Positions 56,801 to 64,000 of a stretch of 64,000 bases of DNA are shown here, piece by piece. A program made the position numbers and the translations under genes. Below the pieces are notes generated by a model. That model was not told where the DNA came from. It ran no database searches and saw only the letters and a program-made list of their open reading frames with translations. How positions within the stretch are numbered: the first letter of the stretch is position 1; each line of letters begins with the position of its first letter. Origin of the DNA: Macrostomum lignano (taxonomy: Eukaryota); assembly GCA_002269645.1 (NCBI GenBank), contig NIVC01003096.1, positions 1 through 64,000 on the forward strand. Direction: 5' to 3'.

Positions 56801-59800
56801 ATTAGATTGGATTGAGGGGATAAATTTGCCTTTCTCAGTGTAGGTTTGTAAGTACTCATTTGATTAGATTGGATTGAGGGGATAAATTTTCCTTTCTCAG
56901 TGTAGGTTTGTAAGTACTCATTTGATTAGATTGGATTGAGGGGATAAATTTGCCTTTCTCAGTGTAGGTTTGTAAGTACTCATTTGATTAGATTGGATTG
57001 AGGGGATAAATTTGCCTTTCTCAGTGTAGGTTTGTAAGTACTCATTTGATTAGATTGGATTGAGGGGATAAATTTGCCTTTCTCAGTGTAGGTTTGTAAG
57101 TACTCATTTGATTAGATTGGATTGAGGGGATAAATTTGCCTTTCTCAGTGTAGGTTTGTAAGTACTCATTTGATTAGATTGGATTGAGGGGATAAATTTT
57201 CCTTTCTCAGTGTAGGTTTGTAAGTACTCATTTGATTAGATTGGATTGAGGGGATAAATTTTCCTTTCTCAGTGTAGGTTTGTAAGTACTCATTTGATTA
57301 GATTGGATTGAGGGGATAAATTTGCCTTTCTCAGTGTAGGTTTGTAAGTACTCATTTGATTAGATTGGATTGAGGGGATAAATTTTCCTTTCTCAGTGTA
57401 GGTTTGTAAGTACTCATTTGATTAGATTGGATTGAGGGGATAAATTTGCCTTTCTCAGTGTAGGTTTGTAAGTACTCATTTGATTAGATTGGATTGAGGG
57501 GATAAATTTGCCTTTCTCAGTGTAGGTTTGTAAGTACTCATTTGATTAGATTGGATTGAGGGGATAAATTTGCCTTTCTCAGTGTAGGTTTGTAAGTACT
57601 CATTTGATTAGATTGGATTGAGGGGATAAATTTGCCTTTCTCAGTGTAGGTTTGTAAGTACTCATTTGATTAGATTGGATTGAGGGGATAAATTTGCCTT
57701 TCTCAGTGTAGGTTTGTAAGTACTCATTTGATTAGATTGGATTGAGGGGATAAATTTTCCTTTCTCAGTGTAGGTTTGTAAGTACTCATTTGATTAGATT
57801 GGATTGAGGGGATAAATTTGCCTTTCTCAGTGTAGGTTTGTAAGTACTCATTTGATTAGATTGGATTGAGGGGATAAATTTGCCTTTCTCAGTGTAGGTT
57901 TGTAAGTACTCATTTGATTAGATTGGATTGAGGGGATAAATTTGCCTTTCTCAGTGTAGGTTTGTAAGTACTCATTTGATTAGATTGGATTGAGGGGATA
58001 AATTTTCCTTTCTCAGTGTAGGTTTGTAAGTACTCATTTGATTAGATTGGATTGAGGGGATAAATTTGCCTTTCTCAGTGTAGGTTTGTAAGTACTCATT
58101 TGATTAGATTGGATTGAGGGGATAAATTTGCCTTTCTCAGTGTAGGTTTGTAAGTACTCATTTGATTAGATTGGATTGAGGGGATAAATTTGCCTTTCTC
58201 AGTGTAGGTTTGTAAGTACTCATTTGATTAGATTGGATTGAGGGGATAAATTTGCCTTTCTCAGTGTAGGTTTGTAAGTACTCATTTGATTAGATTGGAT
58301 TGAGGGGATAAATTTGCCTTTCTCAGTGTAGGTTTGTAAGTACTCATTTGATTAGATTGGATTGAGGGGATAAATTTGCCTTTCTCAGTGTAGGTTTGTA
58401 AGTACTCATTTGATTAGATTGGATTGAGGGGATAAATTTGCCTTTCTCAGTGTAGGTTTGTAAGTACTCATTTGATTAGATTGGATTGAGGGGATAAATT
58501 TTCCTTTCTCAGTGTAGGTTTGTAAGTACTCATTTGATTAGATTGGATTGAGGGGATAAATTTGCCTTTCTCAGTGTAGGTTTGTAAGTACTCATTTGAT
58601 TAGATTGGATTGAGGGGATAAATTTGCCTTTCTCAGTGTAGGTTTGTAAGTACTCATTTGATTAGATTGGATTGAGGGGATAAATTTGCCTTTCTCAGTG
58701 TAGGTTTGTAAGTACTCATTTGATTAGATTGGATTGAGGGGATAAATTTGCCTTTCTCAGTGTAGGTTTGTAAGTACTCATTTGATTAGATTGGATTGAG
58801 GGGATAAATTTGCCTTTCTCAGTGTAGGTTTGTAAGTACTCATTTGATTAGATTGGATTGAGGGGATAAATTTTCCTTTCTCAGTGTAGGTTTGTAAGTA
58901 CTCATTTGATTAGATTGGATTGAGGGGATAAATTTTCCTTTCTCAGTGTAGGTTTGTAAGTACTCATTTGATTAGATTGGATTGAGGGGATAAATTTTCC
59001 TTTCTCAGTGTAGGTTTGTAAGTACTCATTTGATTAGATTGGATTGAGGGGATAAATTTGCCTTTCTCAGTGTAGGTTTGTAAGTACTCATTTGATTAGA
59101 TTGGATTGAGGGGATAAATTTGCCTTTCTCAGTGTAGGTTTGTAAGTACTCATTTGATTAGATTGGATTGAGGGGATAAATTTGCCTTTCTCAGTGTAGG
59201 TTTGTAAGTACTCATTTGATTAGATTGGATTGAGGGGATAAATTTGCCTTTCTCAGTGTAGGTTTGTAAGTACTCATTTGATTAGATTGGATTGAGGGGA
59301 TAAATTTTCCTTTCTCAGTGTAGGTTTGTAAGTACTCATTTGATTAGATTGGATTGAGGGGATAAATTTGCCTTTCTCAGTGTAGGTTTGTAAGTACTCA
59401 TTTGATTAGATTGGATTGAGGGGATAAATTTGCCTTTCTCAGTGTAGGTTTGTAAGTACTCATTTGATTAGATTGGATTGAGGGGATAAATTTGCCTTTC
59501 TCAGTGTAGGTTTGTAAGTACTCATTTGATTAGATTGGATTGAGGGGATAAATTTGCCTTTCTCAGTGTAGGTTTGTAAGTACTCATTTGATTAGATTGG
59601 ATTGAGGGGATAAATTTGCCTTTCTCAGTGTAGGTTTGTAAGTACTCATTTGATTAGATTGGATTGAGGGGATAAATTTGCCTTTCTCAGTGTAGGTTTG
59701 TAAGTACTCATTTGATTAGATTGGATTGAGGGGATAAATTTGCCTTTCTCAGTGTAGGTTTGTAAGTACTCATTTGATTAGATTGGATTGAGGGGATAAA

Positions 59801-62800
59801 TTTGCCTTTCTCAGTGTAGGTTTGTAAGTACTCATTTGATTAGATTGGATTGAGGGGATAAATTTGCCTTTCTCAGTGTAGGTTTGTAAGTACTCATTTG
59901 ATTAGATTGGATTGAGGGGATAAATTTGCCTTTCTCAGTGTAGGTTTGTAAGTACTCATTTGATTAGATTGGATTGAGGGGATAAATTTGCCTTTCTCAG
60001 TGTAGGTTTGTAAGTACTCATTTGATTAGATTGGATTGAGGGGATAAATTTGCCTTTCTCAGTGTAGGTTTGTAAGTACTCATTTGATTAGATTGGATTG
60101 AGGGGATAAATTTGCCTTTCTCAGTGTAGGTTTGTAAGTACTCATTTGATTAGATTGGATTGAGGGGATAAATTTGCCTTTCTCAGTGTAGGTTTGTAAG
60201 TACTCATTTGATTAGATTGGATTGAGGGGATAAATTTGCCTTTCTCAGTGTAGGTTTGTAAGTACTCATTTGATTAGATTGGATTGAGGGGATAAATTTT
60301 CCTTTCTCAGTGTAGGTTTGTAAGTACTCATTTGATTAGATTGGATTGAGGGGATAAATTTTCCTTTCTCAGTGTAGGTTTGTAAGTACTCATTTGATTA
60401 GATTGGATTGAGGGGATAAATTTGCCTTTCTCAGTGTAGGTTTGTAAGTACTCATTTGATTAGATTGGATTGAGGGGATAAATTTGCCTTTCTCAGTGTA
60501 GGTTTGTAAGTACTCATTTGATTAGATTGGATTGAGGGGATAAATTTGCCTTTCTCAGTGTAGGTTTGTAAGTACTCATTTGATTAGATTGGATTGAGGG
60601 GATAAATTTGCCTTTCTCAGTGTAGGTTTGTAAGTACTCATTTGATTAGATTGGATTGAGGGGATAAATTTGCCTTTCTCAGTGTAGGTTTGTAAGTACT
60701 CATTTGATTAGATTGGATTGAGGGGATAAATTTGCCTTTCTCAGTGTAGGTTTGTAAGTACTCATTTGATTAGATTGGATTGAGGGGATAAATTTGCCTT
60801 TCTCAGTGTAGGTTTGTAAGTACTCATTTGATTAGATTGGATTGAGGGGATAAATTTTCCTTTCTCAGTGTAGGTTTGTAAGTACTCATTTGATTAGATT
60901 GGATTGAGGGGATAAATTTTCCTTTCTCAGTGTAGGTTTGTAAGTACTCATTTGATTAGATTGGATTGAGGGGATAAATTTGCCTTTCTCAGTGTAGGTT
61001 TGTAAGTACTCATTTGATTAGATTGGATTGAGGGGATAAATTTGCCTTTCTCAGTGTAGGTTTGTAAGTACTCATTTGATTAGATTGGATTGAGGGGATA
61101 AATTTGCCTTTCTCAGTGTAGGTTTGTAAGTACTCATTTGATTAGATTGGATTGAGGGGATAAATTTGCCTTTCTCAGTGTAGGTTTGTAAGTACTCATT
61201 TGATTAGATTGGATTGAGGGGATAAATTTGCCTTTCTCAGTGTAGGTTTGTAAGTACTCATTTGATTAGATTGGATTGAGGGGATAAATTTGCCTTTCTC
61301 AGTGTAGGTTTGTAAGTACTCATTTGATTAGATTGGATTGAGGGGATAAATTTTCCTTTCTCAGTGTAGGTTTGTAAGTACTCATTTGATTAGATTGGAT
61401 TGAGGGGATAAATTTTCCTTTCTCAGTGTAGGTTTGTAAGTACTCATTTGATTAGATTGGATTGAGGGGATAAATTTTCCTTTCTCAGTGTAGGTTTGTA
61501 AGTACTCATTTGATTAGATTGGATTGAGGGGATAAATTTTCCTTTCTCAGTGTAGGTTTGTAAGTACTCATTTGATTAGATTGGATTGAGGGGATAAATT
61601 TTCCTTTCTCAGTGTAGGTTTGTAAGTACTCATTTGATTAGATTGGATTGAGGGGATAAATTTGCCTTTCTCAGTGTAGGTTTGTAAGTACTCATTTGAT
61701 TAGATTGGATTGAGGGGATAAATTTGCCTTTCTCAGTGTAGGTTTGTAAGTACTCATTTGATTAGATTGGATTGAGGGGATAAATTTGCCTTTCTCAGTG
61801 TAGGTTTGTAAGTACTCATTTGATTAGATTGGATTGAGGGGATAAATTTGCCTTTCTCAGTGTAGGTTTGTAAGTACTCATTTGATTAGATTGGATTGAG
61901 GGGATAAATTTGCCTTTCTCAGTGTAGGTTTGTAAGTACTCATTTGATTAGATTGGATTGAGGGGATAAATTTGCCTTTCTCAGTGTAGGTTTGTAAGTA
62001 CTCATTTGATTAGATTGGATTGAGGGGATAAATTTGCCTTTCTCAGTGTAGGTTTGTAAGTACTCATTTGATTAGATTGGATTGAGGGGATAAATTTGCC
62101 TTTCTCAGTGTAGGTTTGTAAGTACTCATTTGATTAGATTGGATTGAGGGGATAAATTTGCCTTTCTCAGTGTAGGTTTGTAAGTACTCATTTGATTAGA
62201 TTGGATTGAGGGGATAAATTTGCCTTTCTCAGTGTAGGTTTGTAAGTACTCATTTGATTAGATTGGATTGAGGGGATAAATTTTCCTTTCTCAGTGTAGG
62301 TTTGTAAGTACTCATTTGATTAGATTGGATTGAGGGGATAAATTTTCCTTTCTCAGTGTAGGTTTGTAAGTACTCATTTGATTAGATTGGATTGAGGGGA
62401 TAAATTTGCCTTTCTCAGTGTAGGTTTGTAAGTACTCATTTGATTAGATTGGATTGAGGGGATAAATTTTCCTTTCTCAGTGTAGGTTTGTAAGTACTCA
62501 TTTGATTAGATTGGATTGAGGGGATAAATTTGCCTTTCTCAGTGTAGGTTTGTAAGTACTCATTTGATTAGATTGGATTGAGGGGATAAATTTGCCTTTC
62601 TCAGTGTAGGTTTGTAAGTACTCATTTGATTAGATTGGATTGAGGGGATAAATTTGCCTTTCTCAGTGTAGGTTTGTAAGTACTCATTTGATTAGATTGG
62701 ATTGAGGGGATAAATTTTCCTTTCTCAGTGTAGGTTTGTAAGTACTCATTTGATTAGATTGGATTGAGGGGATAAATTTTCCTTTCTCAGTGTAGGTTTG

Positions 62801-63456
62801 TAAGTACTCATTTGATTAGATTGGATTGAGGGGATAAATTTTCCTTTCTCAGTGTAGGTTTGTAAGTACTCATTTGATTAGATTGGATTGAGGGGATAAA
62901 TTTTCCTTTCTCAGTGTAGGTTTGTAAGTACTCATTTGATTAGATTGGATTGAGGGGATAAATTTTCCTTTCTCAGTGTAGGTTTGTAAGTACTCATTTG
63001 ATTAGATTGGATTGAGGGGATAAATTTTCCTTTCTCAGTGTAGGTTTGTAAGTACTCATTTGATTAGATTGGATTGAGGGGATAAATTTTCCTTTCTCAG
63101 TGTAGGTTTGTAAGTACTCATTTGATTAGATTGGATTGAGGGGATAAATTTTCCTTTCTCAGTGTAGGTTTGTAAGTACTCATTTGATTAGATTGGATTG
63201 AGGGGATAAATTTTCCTTTCTCAGTGTAGGTTTGTAAGTACTCATTTGATTAGATTGGATTGAGGGGATAAATTTTCCTTTCTCAGTGTAGGTTTGTAAG
63301 TACTCATTTGATTAGATTGGATTGAGGGGATAAATTTTCCTTTCTCAGTGTAGGTTTGTAAGTACTCATTTGATTAGATTGGATTGAGGGGATAAATTTG
63401 CCTTCTCAGTGTAGGTTTGTAAGTACTCATTTTAGGTTTTTGTAAGTACTCATTTG
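44832..63456. repeat. Large satellite array, 62-bp unit CTCATTTGATTAGATTGGATTGAGGGGATAAATTT(T/G)CCTTTCTCAGTGTAGGTTTGTAAGTA, about 300 copies
   Basis: Period 62 (CTCAT at 44832, 44894, 44956). The array is uninterrupted and has no spacers. A degenerate tail runs 63432-63456. Confidence 0.98.
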
Positions 63457-63671
63457 TAGGATTTTGAACTTATTTCAATCAAGTCTATTGCTTATGTTAT
63501 AAAAGTAACAATATATATTTCTAGCTAAAAGGATTATACGATTAAAAAGCCTTGGGAATATTGAAACTTATGGGTTATATACCTAACAATATATTATACC
63601 TTTTGAATGCTAAAAGTATTTTAGTTTAGTTGGGAATAATGCTATTTTTAATCCAACAGATTTCAATTTGA

Positions 63672-64000
<329 letters not shown>

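Noticed and set aside
44832-63456. CRISPR-like regular array
   Set aside because: Units are contiguous and near-identical with no unique spacers, there are no cas genes, and the context is eukaryotic.

Overview
Eukaryotic (animal) genomic DNA with GT-AG introns, read by eye. Four protein-coding genes can be reconstructed. (1) A stomatin/band-7 gene (+, 5403-7252, 2 exons). (2) A complete 5-exon Runx/Runt-domain transcription factor (-, 15467-11538) ending in an atypical, non-terminal VWKPY motif. (3) A complete 6-exon NECAB-type EF-hand + ABM-domain gene (-, 40530-31721). (4) The first exon of an AMPK catalytic alpha subunit (+, 63759 to window end). The ORF track misses most of these because they are spliced. 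The window also holds a decayed Ty3/Gypsy pol (-, about 43093-44831), two MITEs with target-site duplications, and about 22 mostly unrelated mini/microsatellite arrays (units 4-73 bp). The largest is an 18.6-kb array of about 300 x 62 bp, which appears to have been amplified from the Gypsy RT and ends about 300 bp before the AMPK ATG. The most unusual signal is tandem repeats seeded on splice junctions. In NECAB, one exon end plus its 5' splice site is amplified into 8 identical, in-frame, stop-free donor copies. The long ORFs in the track (e.g. 19418-22984, 28927-31251) are satellite artefacts. The repeat landscape, GC3-rich exons and acceptor-like AGs just before ATGs resemble the flatworm Macrostomum lignano; this is an inference and was not verified.
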